64,000 nt of DNA from positions 896,001-960,000 of the forward strand of contig CAWFOU010000001.1 in assembly GCA_963817525.1 (NCBI GenBank), in the 5' to 3' direction. Positions within the stretch are counted from its first letter, which is position 1. The number at the start of each line of letters is the position of its first letter. The DNA is from an uncultured archaeon. GTDB taxonomy: Archaea > Thermoproteota > Nitrososphaeria > Nitrososphaerales > Gagatemarchaeaceae. The notes under the pieces are model-generated. The model was not told the DNA's origin. It ran no database searches and worked only from the letters and a program-made list of their open reading frames with translations. Positions 23,301-32,676 of the stretch are shown piece by piece. The position numbers were made by a program, and so were the translations under genes.

Positions 23301-23448
23301 ACAGGGATACCGTTGGTGTCGCTGCGTGCACCGGCGAAGCCGGGAGCAGAAATACCATTCCTGCTATTCCAGCAAGGAATAGCAGCCCTATCGTTCCTAA
23401 AGAAGCTAGTCTGTTGTTTGGTGTTATATGCGTTTGCATATTATTCAC
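20305..23448 (-). CDS. Large secreted T/S/G-rich beta-sandwich repeat protein, probable major S-layer glycoprotein (SlaA-like)
   Basis: 1047 aa, signal peptide, repeated Ig-like units, strong TATA box, in an operon with the SlaB-like gene inside a glycosylation locus. Confidence 0.75.
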   Translation of the reverse strand: MNNMQTHITPNNRLASLGTIGLLFLAGIAGMVFLLPASPVHAATPTVSLSTISSGKLTATTSGTPGSIVVITGTGFSPSATVSITTTVGTTTVPWLTGATGVSTTTPEVDSLVVGGLLTTTASGNFQVEVLVPNMPGGAQTIAVATGTVTGTATITVTPSISITYPTNYGYPQESISPTITVLGFGSGESVSIATAVWASASTTCTTGASVSTVTGTGYGSCAVTESTAVADATGGAHSITATGATSGLTATTTYTINPWAAFYNSQAGGTTFSFVGSAPTSILVEAHGLPAGTIAASSITIGGVSTNHAAVTVGTSGSFGGAGTFLVVSPTTNVPFGPVSVVIDGTTFNYANGNIKLSPTAWGGVLISSIVGSGTSTGVATTDASSYKPGAVQTPSTTSTAPRQNTIGVFGYGFVPGSPITITPSAGAVLTAILVPGSATASGAFFSTQALGETPWSLTATPTTAETYTLTVTEASPPANILSPSFGITPWIDTTTGGLSASTVDYTVTNFRAYVHGFGATDSVTLAIGGTALTGSTSVATNGEVYTAAAQVPDLAGGVQTITATGSVSGAVATAAGAVTYAPTVNSIGGIPPTGVSALSINQGGAGQTTVVRTGNGYGIHGLLADTAYSIVWNAISGSQILGTFTTTATGGVPIPGVQVTIPSDSSGVHILDIETASGASAIFGNLVAGQLVPGDDVGPANFPDGLYTSAYGDLLFSNIALLSASPSVAAVGAAETLTGTGLASGGSYVVALGTSVAGTVLTSAPALATFTATSTGAVPSGVSITLADTPTTTETGTVEYFSVQTTAHYGVTGAEDAYAEFVLASSANLNMSSAPIGHAVILTAHALNPSAVYDIVFNYVQSAFVSTSYTGTTVGVIAPNSVGAGSATFDVPAGAASGPTVVQLVVSKQGTTTPAGAPVGTAILNTPLSVTVGSVSSTSCNSTSCVSATGSPTQSTQGVYNGVTTTFTNHSNAPITGFVYAVVHNALGQTVDISTATISAPAGGSVTAFNALFGLPPGTYSVTIFVTSSSGTAISTTSTASVTIS

Positions 23449-23473
23449 TATTTTCGTAACTGCCAGGTTCCAA

Positions 23474-23490
23474 ATTATAATATATAAGCA
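23474..23490 (-). promoter_or_regulatory. Archaeal TATA box of the S-layer operon
   Basis: Minus strand CTTATATATTATAA about 30-40 nt upstream of the start. Confidence 0.7.
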
Positions 23491-23665
23491 TAGTGGATGA
23501 TTCGTCTACTGGGAGGCAGAAGCGCGCTCTGATTCCCGAAAGAGAGCTTCGAACGGGCTTGTTCTAGAAATAGGGACTGCTTTCCGGCTATTCCAAACAC
23601 AGGTTCAAAATCAGGGTCCAGAATCCAGATTCAGGCTCTAGTTTTGCTTTTTCCCGCACAGCCTA

Positions 23666-25471
23666 TCAGCCCTTGAGCTGGAAGATGACCACGCCGGACT
23701 GGTTGTAGACCAGCTGGAAGCTGGTGTCGCTTGGGTAGATGTTGAACGGGTCAGACGTGGCGTTCGGCAAAGCGACGGTCCCATAGGTGGTCAAGACCAC
23801 GTAGGTCGGCGCGGTGGTGCCGTTGCTGGCCGAGGTGATGTCGACGGGCGTGGCCAGGGGGGCGTACCCAGACTCTCTCCCGTAGACGAGCAGGTAGTAG
23901 TTGAAGTTCGAGTTGGTTATCGAGGCCACCTGGCTGTCTGCCGGCGTGTTGGCGTCCATCCACTCCATCGCCTTGAGGATGCCGTGCTGGGTCTGGTTGC
24001 TTATCCCCCCGTCAGTGGCGGCGTCTCCGACGAGCTGCCAGCTCCACGAGTCGACGAAGAGCATGAGGAACACCACGACCAAGACCCCCAGCCTCCAGCG
24101 CCTTTCTTCGCGCCTCCCGACCACCTTGTTCCTCTGCCTGAGCCTCCGGTCGACGGTCTCGGGGATGAGGAAGTCGAACCCTAGGGCGGCGAGGATCAGG
24201 AGCGGGACGAGCGCCATATAGGAGAAGCGCCAGGCGGTCTCCGTGAACGGGGCGACGGCGAGTATAGCGACGAGCCAGACGACTACCATCCACACCGCAG
24301 GGTTCTTCAGCCGGACGGCGACGTATACCCCGAGCGCCGCGAGCGCGATGGTGACGATGGCACCCAAGTCGTCAGCGACTTCGACGACGATGTACCTGAG
24401 CACGGGCCACCCCGCGAGATACTTTGAGATTGTGGTGTCCACAGGGACGTTTCCCCCGCCCGGCGCCGTGACGAACTGGATGAGGAGCGTCACGAGGTCG
24501 GGCCTAAGCGCGGCGGCTATGACCCCGGGGACGACGAGCACCGCGGCGACGGCGATGGCGGGGATGCTCACCTTCCTCTTGATGACAAAGACCGCGATGG
24601 GCAGGGCGACCAGCGCGGGTATCACAGTGACGTAGGAGTAGTGCGAAAAGTACCCGCTGCCCACCGCGAGGATTAGCGCGAGCCACAGTCCAGGGTTGCG
24701 CGGCTGCTTCAGCACTGCGGGGACGACCGCGAAGAGTAGCAGGATCGAGAGTATCCCGTAGAAGTTCGCGTAGAGGCCCGAGTCGAAGACGCTCCCGAAC
24801 CATATGAAACCGGTGGCGACGTAGAGGAGCGACCCGACGAGCCCCGCGCGCTTCGAGCTGGTAAGCGAGGCGACAGAGACGAACACGAGGAGTGGCGACA
24901 AGGCGGCGAGTATCGCCATCGCGTATTGCGTGGCCACGAGGACTATGTCGCCCGACAGCGCCACGAGAGAGCCCATCAGGAGGTGGACGCCGTAGTAGAG
25001 TATACCGCCAGGAAACACGGTGGTCTCTCCCGACTGGAGGGCGCCAGTGATCATAACATGCTGGGAAAAGTCTACGCTGGAGAACTGGGGGAATATCGGG
25101 TACTTGTAAAAGTGCGCGACGACGAGCAGCGCCTGCGCGAGAACCAGGCCCAGCACGTAGAGGTCGAGGCGCTCGGGCTTGACCCAGAGGGTGAACCTGC
25201 GCCGGAGCAAGATGGGCGCGGCGAGGGCGACCAGCGAGGCGGCGAGCATGATCTCCAGCGTCTCGGGGCCTATCCCCACCATCAGCTTCCCTCCGATGTT
25301 GATCCCGCTCGTCCTTGCCACGAGGACCAGGACGTCCACGGCCATGCTCAGCCCGAAGGCGAGCCCAAGCCGCTCGGCGAAGGAGAACTCGCCGCCCAGC
25401 TCGAAGATCTCCATGAAGGCCATCCCCGGGAGGAAGAGGAGGGCCATGAACTCCACGTACCCCAAGAGCAA
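23666..25471 (-). CDS. Multi-pass membrane protein, putative GT-C glycosyltransferase
   Basis: Many TM helices, D..QH loop and YYGVH motif, C-terminal AMEWMDANTPADS soluble domain. Confidence 0.65.
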   Translation of the reverse strand: MLLGYVEFMALLFLPGMAFMEIFELGGEFSFAERLGLAFGLSMAVDVLVLVARTSGINIGGKLMVGIGPETLEIMLAASLVALAAPILLRRRFTLWVKPERLDLYVLGLVLAQALLVVAHFYKYPIFPQFSSVDFSQHVMITGALQSGETTVFPGGILYYGVHLLMGSLVALSGDIVLVATQYAMAILAALSPLLVFVSVASLTSSKRAGLVGSLLYVATGFIWFGSVFDSGLYANFYGILSILLLFAVVPAVLKQPRNPGLWLALILAVGSGYFSHYSYVTVIPALVALPIAVFVIKRKVSIPAIAVAAVLVVPGVIAAALRPDLVTLLIQFVTAPGGGNVPVDTTISKYLAGWPVLRYIVVEVADDLGAIVTIALAALGVYVAVRLKNPAVWMVVVWLVAILAVAPFTETAWRFSYMALVPLLILAALGFDFLIPETVDRRLRQRNKVVGRREERRWRLGVLVVVFLMLFVDSWSWQLVGDAATDGGISNQTQHGILKAMEWMDANTPADSQVASITNSNFNYYLLVYGRESGYAPLATPVDITSASNGTTAPTYVVLTTYGTVALPNATSDPFNIYPSDTSFQLVYNQSGVVIFQLKG

Positions 25472-25563
25472 GATGAGGGAGCCTGCGCGGGGCGGCTATA
25501 AATCCGAAAGGGCGCCGGGCTCCAGCCACTTTCCCAGCTGCGAGAAGAGGCGTCTATGTGGAG

Positions 25564-25584
25564 TTTAAATATTGATTACGTAAT
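25564..25584 (+). promoter_or_regulatory. TATA box plus palindromic operator of the RHH/protease pair
   Basis: tttaaata (25564-71) followed by the perfect palindrome attacgtaat (25575-84), 9 nt before the ATG. Confidence 0.6.
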
Positions 25585-25593
25585 GAAGAATGC

Positions 25594-25920
25594 ATGGTAA
25601 ACGTAACCGTCTCGCTCCCGGAGGATGTGGTGAGGCGGCTCAGGAGGACTGTCAAGGATCGCTACGGGGGACGGAAGGGCGCGCTCTCAGGCCTTGTAAG
25701 AGAGGCCCTGGAGGAGCGCATCGGATCTCTTGAGACTTCCACCCCGGCATCTCGATTCAAGGCGCTCGACGGAGGGCGCGAAGTCGCAGAGGGCGCGAGC
25801 CTAGACGAGCTGGCCTCCAAGCTCAGGGAGGGTGGGGTGGACCCCCGGACGGTCAGGATAGTCTCCACGACGCCCGTGAGACAGACCGTCAGGGCGGGGC
25901 TGAGAGGGAAGAGGACGTGA
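25594..25920 (+). CDS. Ribbon-helix-helix (CopG-like) protein
   Basis: NVTVSLPEDVVRRLR..KGALSGLVREAL. Confidence 0.8.
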   Translation: MVNVTVSLPEDVVRRLRRTVKDRYGGRKGALSGLVREALEERIGSLETSTPASRFKALDGGREVAEGASLDELASKLREGGVDPRTVRIVSTTPVRQTVRAGLRGKRT

Positions 25921-26309
25921 GCGCGCTGCTTGGTCTCACGCCAACGCTGAGGATCGTCCTGCGGAACCCCCTGCTTGGGAAGAGGTACCCCGTGGAGGGC
26001 GAGGCCCTGGCCGTGGTCGACACCGGATACGAAGGGTTCGTGGCACTCCCCGAGGAAGTTTTCGCCTCTCTTTCTTTAGACCAATTGCAGCTAGAGAAGA
26101 GAAGGCTCGTCCTCGCCAACGGAAGCGTCCTGAACTCCAAGGGAGCTTACGGGGCGTTCAGCGCGCTCGGCGCCGGGCTCCACGCCGAAGGCTTCGTCGA
26201 GACCTACGACGGTCTCCAGGAGGTCCTCCTCGGTGTAGAGGCGCTCTCTCGCGCCAGAGTGCTCCTCGACTATTGCAACAGGAGGATGACTGCGGAGCCT
26301 TGTTCGTAG
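25917..26309 (+). CDS. Clan AA (retropepsin-like) aspartic protease
   Basis: VVDTGYEG catalytic motif and LLG..L second motif; 4-nt overlap with the RHH gene. Confidence 0.85.
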   Translation: MSALLGLTPTLRIVLRNPLLGKRYPVEGEALAVVDTGYEGFVALPEEVFASLSLDQLQLEKRRLVLANGSVLNSKGAYGAFSALGAGLHAEGFVETYDGLQEVLLGVEALSRARVLLDYCNRRMTAEPCS

Positions 26310-26318
26310 TGCGCCCTC

Positions 26319-26918
26319 CTATCGCGGCGCCACATTGCTGACGAGCGCCGTGTTGCCCGCCGACTTTAGGGTCGTGAACCCGCCCATCTTCAGGAAGGCT
26401 TCTGTGGTCGAAGCGCCGTGAGTCTCGAGTATGCAGGGGAACGACACGTGCGTCGAAAGGAGGGCGCTCTCGCACCCCTCGCAGTCCATCTTCATGAAAT
26501 CGAACTTCTTCTCGAGGAACTTCAGGGAGAAGGGCTCTTCGAACACCTCGGCGTCCCAGCCGTTCTTGGCCGAGTTGTCGCGCAGCCTGGCGGCCCTTTG
26601 TGGGTCGGGCTCCACGCAGAGGAACTTCTTGGCCCCCAGGAGTCTGTAGAGCTCCACGGTCTCCCCCTCGCCCGCCCCCACGTCGAGGACGGTCTTACCG
26701 GTATAGTCGAATCCGCGGGGCGCGTAGAACTTGCTCCACGTCCCCCACTCGTAGAGCATCATGCCCGCGCGGTCCCTGCTCATCATGAGCTTGTCTAGGG
26801 GGGTGGAGACCTGGACTAGGTCGGAGCCCGGGACGCCCTGGAGGCCCCACTTCCAGAACTGGCGGATGACGCTCAGGCCCGAGAAGGGGCTGATGGAGTG
26901 GTCGAGCAGCTTGAGCAC
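26319..26918 (-). CDS. FkbM-like SAM methyltransferase
   Basis: VLDVGAGEGE, CVEPD, MKMDCEGCE; GTG start after AGGAGG. Confidence 0.8.
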   Translation of the reverse strand: MLKLLDHSISPFSGLSVIRQFWKWGLQGVPGSDLVQVSTPLDKLMMSRDRAGMMLYEWGTWSKFYAPRGFDYTGKTVLDVGAGEGETVELYRLLGAKKFLCVEPDPQRAARLRDNSAKNGWDAEVFEEPFSLKFLEKKFDFMKMDCEGCESALLSTHVSFPCILETHGASTTEAFLKMGGFTTLKSAGNTALVSNVAPR

Positions 26919-27137
26919 GGGGAGGCGCCTCCTCCTTGATATGCCGAACCTCGGGACGATCAAGCTGGGGAAGCGACCTTCCCCACGCGAGCCCGGTCGG
27001 CCATTTAAGTTTGCGAGCAAGGGGGCTCGAATCTACAAGCCACTAGGAAGGCAAAACCGGGCGAAGGCCGGGGAAAGCACGAAGGAACTAGTATACGATT
27101 TCCATTAAGCATAAATATATCATGAAATTATTTTACG

Positions 27138-27635
27138 GTGAATCACGGTCTTACGAGCATGGGAAGATTAGACGAGATAGACATGAAGATCCTGGGGGCT
27201 CTCCACAGGGACGCCTCGATATCGATACCAAAGCTCAGCCAGGACCTGGGGCTCAACCTCTCGGTGACCTACAGCAGGATAAAGCGCTTGATCAGGAGGG
27301 GGATAATCCAGCGCTACACCCTCGACATCAACGAGTCGAAGCTCGGGCTGCCGGCAGGGGTGGTGGTGGGGCTCAACCTGGACCCGAAGCAGAGGGAGCA
27401 GGCCATCGGGGAACTCATGAAGCTACCCCAGGCAAGGGAGCTGAAGGAGGTCACCGGTAGGTTCGATGCGTTCCTGACCCTGCGTGGGCGCACCATAGAG
27501 GAACTCCACAAGGCGACCTCGGACGTCGTCGGGAGGATCCCTGGCGTGACGCACACGGAGACCTTCGTCGAGGTATCCGAGAGGGAGCCTGAGCTGAGCT
27601 ACAACCTCGCGTCGGCACCTGAGATCCAGGCCTAG
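27138..27635 (+). CDS. Lrp/AsnC transcriptional regulator
   Basis: LDEIDMKILGAL, HTH, RIKRL..GII, VTGRFD. Confidence 0.95.
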   Translation: MNHGLTSMGRLDEIDMKILGALHRDASISIPKLSQDLGLNLSVTYSRIKRLIRRGIIQRYTLDINESKLGLPAGVVVGLNLDPKQREQAIGELMKLPQARELKEVTGRFDAFLTLRGRTIEELHKATSDVVGRIPGVTHTETFVEVSEREPELSYNLASAPEIQA

Positions 27636-27724
27636 CGACGCCTAGCAACCTCGACCCTGATCTGCGAGACCATCTAAGTGGCTGAGGGGCGGACCTTAAG
27701 AAATCCCCGCCGCGGGGGTGGTCG

Positions 27725-27934
27725 ATGCGAAGGAGAGCCGTTTCGCCGGTCGGAGTGGCCGCGGCATTCTCCGTCGCAGTCGCGCTGGGCATCTGGGCCG
27801 CCATGGGCGAGGCGCGGCTCGGCGGCCAAGGGCCGTGGGCGGCGCGTGGCCTTGTCCTGATAGCCGTGGGGGTCTTCGCCTTGACCACGTTCGCGTGGTC
27901 GAGGCTCCACACCACAAAGGACGAGGCTCTGTAG
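27725..27934 (+). CDS. Small two-TM membrane protein
   Basis: Two hydrophobic segments; TATA-like cttaag about 25 nt upstream. Confidence 0.5.
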   Translation: MRRRAVSPVGVAAAFSVAVALGIWAAMGEARLGGQGPWAARGLVLIAVGVFALTTFAWSRLHTTKDEAL

Positions 27935-28107
27935 CTAGGAAAGTCGCCTGCCGCGTCCGAGCCGGACGATAAGGCGGCGAAGGTGACCCGTTCGAAAGTC
28001 CGACTGTTGCAATAATTGGGGAGCTGGGCCTGAATTCCGGAGATTCTTCCCGACCTAAGGGTTCGGCAGCAATTCGTAAATATGACCAGCGACCCCAAAC
28101 AGGGGCT

Positions 28108-29493
28108 TTGGCGCTCCCCATTCCGTCCAGGGCAAGAGACGCGAAGACCGCCTCTGTGGTGGTGCTCCTCGTGCTTGGCTTGGCCGCCGTTGCCATCTTA
28201 CCCCTTGCCGGGACTCACGGGCAGAGCCAACCTCAGCCGGCCGTCGTCATCCAGGACCAGGTCCCGCTCACAGTAGACTCGGTAGACCAGAACGGTAGCG
28301 CCATCTCAGGCTACTTCGTCGTGCTTTATGGCGGAAACGGGAGTGAGATATCGACGGGTACCACTCCGGCGGCGTTCTCGGTCAACTCTAACAGCACCTA
28401 CAGCTTCCAGGTGCAGCGATACGGCGCCTGCACCTTCAGCCGTTGGTCGAGCGGGGTCACGGACGACTCCCTTGCCTTTAGCGTCACCACCTACGCCCTG
28501 CACTTGACTGCGATTTATGATTGCGGCGCTGCCGCGCTGCCAAGCGTAGGCCTGGTGCAGCTTGCGGAATCGACCTGCTCGTACGTCTGCGGGAACGGCT
28601 CGGTCGTCGCCAAGTTCCCCTCTGGCGTGACCGCCGGTAACATGCTCGCGCTCACCGTCATCAGCGACGATCTGACACCCCTGAGCGTCTCGGACTCGCT
28701 TGGCACCACGATACAGCTGGGCGCGAGTTCTACCAGCACCGCTTGCGACTCGAACACCAGGACCTGTCAGGCGGACTTGTACTGGGGGATGTTCCCTGCG
28801 TCGGGCAACGACTCGGTGACGGTGAAAGAGGCCGGATCCGACCGCGCGCTCAGGGTGCAAGCTTGGGAGTTCAGCGGGGTCAACGCTATCGGTGGAGGTT
28901 GCAGCCCCGTGAGCTACCCCGCAGGTTCGGTTCTGCTGGCCACTGGCCGGGACGCCTACGGCGCGGGGCCCGGATTCACGTGGGAGGGGTACGCCGCCTC
29001 TGGCTTGGCGGGAAGTGAATATCAGGTGGCCGCGAGCTCCGGGTCGACCGCTTTTCCCTTTTCAACCGGGATAAATAGCGTGGAGGCCGCGGCAATCTTC
29101 ATGCGGGCACCGGCGACCGTCGAGTGCGGCGCCGCCGGAGTGACGACCAATACGAGCACCTCCTCTAGCACAGGCCCAACAGCGGCCTTTCAGCTCTCTG
29201 TCGGGGTCGACAGGTTATCGTACACTGGCAACGAGTCCATGCTCGTGAGCGGGAGCGTCTCCCCACCTCCGAGCTCACCTTCGAACGCGACCATCATCAT
29301 CACCAGCCCTGTCGGCGTAGTGGCGAGCGCTACCATCCAGGTAAGCTCCACGAACGGCTCCTACTCCTACCGCTTCGTCACGGGCGGAACTTCCGGTTGG
29401 GTGTCGGGGACCTACACGGTAACGGCTCTCTGTGTCGCTTTCGGCGAGACCGAGGTCGCGACCGCGACTTTCACCTTCGCCATTCCTGCGTAG
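28108..29493 (+). CDS. Secreted/surface beta-sandwich protein
   Basis: N-terminal hydrophobic segment, Ig-like domains, last domain similar to the SlaB-like N-terminal domain. Confidence 0.75.
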   Translation: MALPIPSRARDAKTASVVVLLVLGLAAVAILPLAGTHGQSQPQPAVVIQDQVPLTVDSVDQNGSAISGYFVVLYGGNGSEISTGTTPAAFSVNSNSTYSFQVQRYGACTFSRWSSGVTDDSLAFSVTTYALHLTAIYDCGAAALPSVGLVQLAESTCSYVCGNGSVVAKFPSGVTAGNMLALTVISDDLTPLSVSDSLGTTIQLGASSTSTACDSNTRTCQADLYWGMFPASGNDSVTVKEAGSDRALRVQAWEFSGVNAIGGGCSPVSYPAGSVLLATGRDAYGAGPGFTWEGYAASGLAGSEYQVAASSGSTAFPFSTGINSVEAAAIFMRAPATVECGAAGVTTNTSTSSSTGPTAAFQLSVGVDRLSYTGNESMLVSGSVSPPPSSPSNATIIITSPVGVVASATIQVSSTNGSYSYRFVTGGTSGWVSGTYTVTALCVAFGETEVATATFTFAIPA

Positions 29494-29560
29494 CCCTTCG
29501 AGTCGAAGGAACGAGCCCACCGGCATACGTTTTATAGGCTCGGCGGAGAAACGGCGCAAT

Positions 29561-30259
29561 GTGGCGGACCCGTTCGTCCTCGTGGACCAGTTCGCGGCGC
29601 AGGGGAGGCTCAAGCCCGCGCTCGTCGCGAAGCTGAAGGCGAGGGCTGGGTACCTCAATGGGGCAGTGGGGCGCGTCGAGAAGGCGACGGGCCTCAGGTA
29701 TCCGCCGTACTACGTGGAGCCCACCCTCCCGCTGGCGGTCACCTCGGTGGAATACGGGAGCGTGGGGGCGTTCTTCGCCCGCGTCATTCCCACGCCCTTC
29801 GAGGGGAGGCTCTCGATAATCGTCCAGTTCACGGCGCCCCTCCTGCTCTTTGGGACCAAGGTGACCGTGGAGGCGGTGGCGGCGCACGAGTTCACCCACT
29901 ACGTCGACCTCGTCAGGAGGCTCAGCACGAAGGACATAATCAGCGAGGAGAGGGTGAGCACTCTCTTCGAGGCGGGGTACGCGGACGAGGAGAGGGTGGT
30001 CAGCCCGGCCAAGGTGTTCGCGAGGGACAAGCCCCTTGCGAAACTGGTGGAGAAGAAGTTCACCCCCAACCTCACCGACCCGAAGCTCGACGACAAGGTG
30101 AGCAAGGGGTGGGTAGCGAAGGGGCTCCCCACGAGGAGGGTGGCCACCGAGGAGAACAACGTGAGGCTTGACATGACGGTCATCGCGAGGACGCAGTTCG
30201 ACCCGTCCCTCCTGGACAGGCTGAGGGCGATGCAGGCGCCAAAGGCTGCCCGCAAGTGA
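29561..30259 (+). CDS. Hypothetical protein with HExxH zincin-like motif
   Basis: AAHEFTHY; GTG start about 25 nt after a ttttata box. Confidence 0.7.
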   Translation: MADPFVLVDQFAAQGRLKPALVAKLKARAGYLNGAVGRVEKATGLRYPPYYVEPTLPLAVTSVEYGSVGAFFARVIPTPFEGRLSIIVQFTAPLLLFGTKVTVEAVAAHEFTHYVDLVRRLSTKDIISEERVSTLFEAGYADEERVVSPAKVFARDKPLAKLVEKKFTPNLTDPKLDDKVSKGWVAKGLPTRRVATEENNVRLDMTVIARTQFDPSLLDRLRAMQAPKAARK

Positions 30260-30275
30260 GGTTGGGGCTGGGCAG

Positions 30276-31940
30276 TTGGACTTGCAGCGGCTGAGCGCGG
30301 ACGAGAGGAGGCAGCTCCTCGAGGTGGCGGACGACGTGGTGGGGGAGTCTGGCAAGGCCCTCGCCGTCGCCGCATACGGGTCGAAGGTCGCGGGGTACGC
30401 GAGGCCCGACTCGGACTATGACCTCATAGTCGTGGCAAAGAAGTTCAGGGGGAGGATCAAGTATCGATACGTCCACTCGCCGGTCACTGCGGCGGCCCTG
30501 GTGGTCGAGGAGGAGCTCCTCGACAGGGACGCGGTCAAGGCCTATCTGGGGGAGTTCGTCTCCGGGAGGCTCCTCAACGTCTACGAGCCCCTGCTAAACG
30601 GGGACATGATAAGAAAGGCCGAGGTCGAGTCCAAGAAGAGGGTGCTCGCGGAGGAGATCCTCGAGATAGAGTCGCTCTACGGGGAGTTCTCTCAGGACCT
30701 TGTTATCCCGCTCGAGTACTTCCTCTTCAACAAGCTCCACAAGAGGGCGATGGTCTACCCGCCGGCCCTCTACAGCTACATCAAGACCTACACGTGCCCG
30801 TCGGGGGAGGAGAACAAGGCGTTCACCCTCGAGGGGTTCGCAGAGGCGGCCATCTCACTCCAGTCGAGAGGGATTCTTAGGTTCGAGACCAAGGAGGGCG
30901 CGCCCCAAATCAGGATATCCGGGGAGGGGCTGAAGAGCAGGGCGTTCGCGAGCACGCTCTCCCTTTTCAACCTCACCACGAGGGGGGTGAGGCAGTACGC
31001 GGTCCACGGGTACGCTGGTAGGGTGGGGTTCAACGTCTTCAAGGACGAGGCGCTCTCGAAGGTGAAGAGGATGCAGGAGAAGTACGACCCCCCCATCGAG
31101 CTTGAGGAGCCCAAGCGCCTCATAGGGTTGGAGGAGGGGGTGATGCTCCCCAAGACCGAGCAGATGGTGCAGAGGCTCGCGACCATCTCTGGGCTCACGG
31201 CGTACACGAAGAGGGAGAAGAGCCTCGGGGAGATCTACTCCACGGCGAAGCTCCTCACCCTGAAGGGGGCGAACGGTGGGGAGGCGAAGTTCGTCCTGAA
31301 GTACTTCGCGGACATCCGCTCGATGAAATGGGCGCTCCTCAACGTGTGGTCGCTCTCGCACAAGTTCAGCACGTCGCCCCAGGCGAGGATGCACAGGGAG
31401 TACCACGCATCCGTGGCGCTTAGGTCCAAGGGGGTGGCCACCCCCAGGATAGTCGGGGCGGTCCTAGACGAGAAGGTGCTGGTGAAGGAGTACGTCGAGG
31501 GCGAGAGGTTCTCTGACATGGTTCAGGCGATCCTCACCGGGAGGTCTGAGCAGACGCGGGTTGTGGAGAGGTTCGGAGAGGCGATGGGTGCGGTGCACAA
31601 GGCGGGTTTCTCGCTGGGCGACTCCAAGGCCACCAACGTGATAGTTAGCGGGAAAGGGACGCTCTACTTCACTGACCTCGAGCAGGCGGAGGAGGGTGGC
31701 GATCAGGCGTGGGACGTGGCGGCGTTCATCTACTACCAGGCCAAGCTCTCGCTCAAGGAGGCGGGGACGAGGAAGGTCGCGGACGCCTTCTTCAAGGGAT
31801 ACAGGGAGGAGAACGGCGCGGAGAACATCGCAATGGCGAGGAGCCCGAAATACGTGGCGCCCTTCAGGCCACTCTCGGTTCCGGCCATGCTGAAGGTGGT
31901 GAGGGAGTCTATGGACGCGAACTCCGCCGGGATCGCATGA
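30276..31940 (+). CDS. Nucleotidyltransferase-domain / Kdo-RIO-Bud32-like kinase fusion protein
   Basis: YGSKVAGYARPDSDYD (NTase) plus VLK, LGDSKATN, FTDLE (kinase-like). Confidence 0.85.
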   Translation: MDLQRLSADERRQLLEVADDVVGESGKALAVAAYGSKVAGYARPDSDYDLIVVAKKFRGRIKYRYVHSPVTAAALVVEEELLDRDAVKAYLGEFVSGRLLNVYEPLLNGDMIRKAEVESKKRVLAEEILEIESLYGEFSQDLVIPLEYFLFNKLHKRAMVYPPALYSYIKTYTCPSGEENKAFTLEGFAEAAISLQSRGILRFETKEGAPQIRISGEGLKSRAFASTLSLFNLTTRGVRQYAVHGYAGRVGFNVFKDEALSKVKRMQEKYDPPIELEEPKRLIGLEEGVMLPKTEQMVQRLATISGLTAYTKREKSLGEIYSTAKLLTLKGANGGEAKFVLKYFADIRSMKWALLNVWSLSHKFSTSPQARMHREYHASVALRSKGVATPRIVGAVLDEKVLVKEYVEGERFSDMVQAILTGRSEQTRVVERFGEAMGAVHKAGFSLGDSKATNVIVSGKGTLYFTDLEQAEEGGDQAWDVAAFIYYQAKLSLKEAGTRKVADAFFKGYREENGAENIAMARSPKYVAPFRPLSVPAMLKVVRESMDANSAGIA

Positions 31941-31944
31941 GCGG

Positions 31945-32243
31945 CTAGTTCTTCGACTTGAAGGTCGTGTAGCCGCAGTTGCCACAGGAGAGCCTGTCCT
32001 TGTGCTCGGCCATGAAGTACCCCTTGCCGCAGCGGGGGCATTCCTTCTTCAGCCGCTCCGCGGTCTCGCCGCTCACCTTGTAGAGCTTCCAGACCTGGAC
32101 GTTGGCGCGGGGCTTGCGCTCCTTTCGTACCTTGCGTACCTTTGGGGCCTCCACTGCTTCGGCTCCCGGAGGGGCCGGCGTGGCAGCCGCGGGCGCTGGC
32201 GCAGGCGCGCTGCGGGCGGAGGAGCCTTTGCTTTTTGGGACAT
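31945..32243 (-). CDS. rps27ae: 30S ribosomal protein S27ae (eS31) with Ala/Pro-rich N-terminal extension; frameshift near 32205
   Basis: CPRCG..MAEHKDR.SCGNCGY; ATG overlaps the S24e stop (TAATG). Confidence 0.92.
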
Positions 32244-32605
32244 TACTTCTTCTTGCCTGCCGTTGCCTGTTGCTTAGCCTGAGCCGCAGCCTGCTGGGCC
32301 TTCTTCCTTGCCTCCTTGGCGGCCTTCCTCTCGTCCTTGGTCATCAGCCTCTCGGCCAGATAGCCCGGGGAGACCGCCTTGAGGGAGGCCTCGGTGTCGT
32401 ACACCCTGAAGGTGCCGACGAGGTCCTGGGAGCCTGACCCCGAGGCGAGCTTGATGAGCGACACCCTGTTCTCCTCGACCTTCATGGACTGGGCGACCTC
32501 CTTCACCGCGTCCCTCCTGCTAAGGGCCCCCGCCTTCAAGGGGAAGAGCACCTCGACGTCGGTGCGCCCGAGGAGTTTCGAGTCCTTCTTCTCAACAATC
32601 TGCAA
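32243..32605 (-). CDS. rps24e: 30S ribosomal protein S24e
   Basis: LLGRTDV..SRRDA..VY pattern and conserved position. Confidence 0.88.
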   Translation of the reverse strand: MQIVEKKDSKLLGRTDVEVLFPLKAGALSRRDAVKEVAQSMKVEENRVSLIKLASGSGSQDLVGTFRVYDTEASLKAVSPGYLAERLMTKDERKAAKEARKKAQQAAAQAKQQATAGKKK

Positions 32606-32676
32606 TCTTGCGTTCGAACACCCCGCGAGGCGGGGTGATTAAAGGCATTTCGGCCTGTCCGGCGAAAGTCAGGGGG

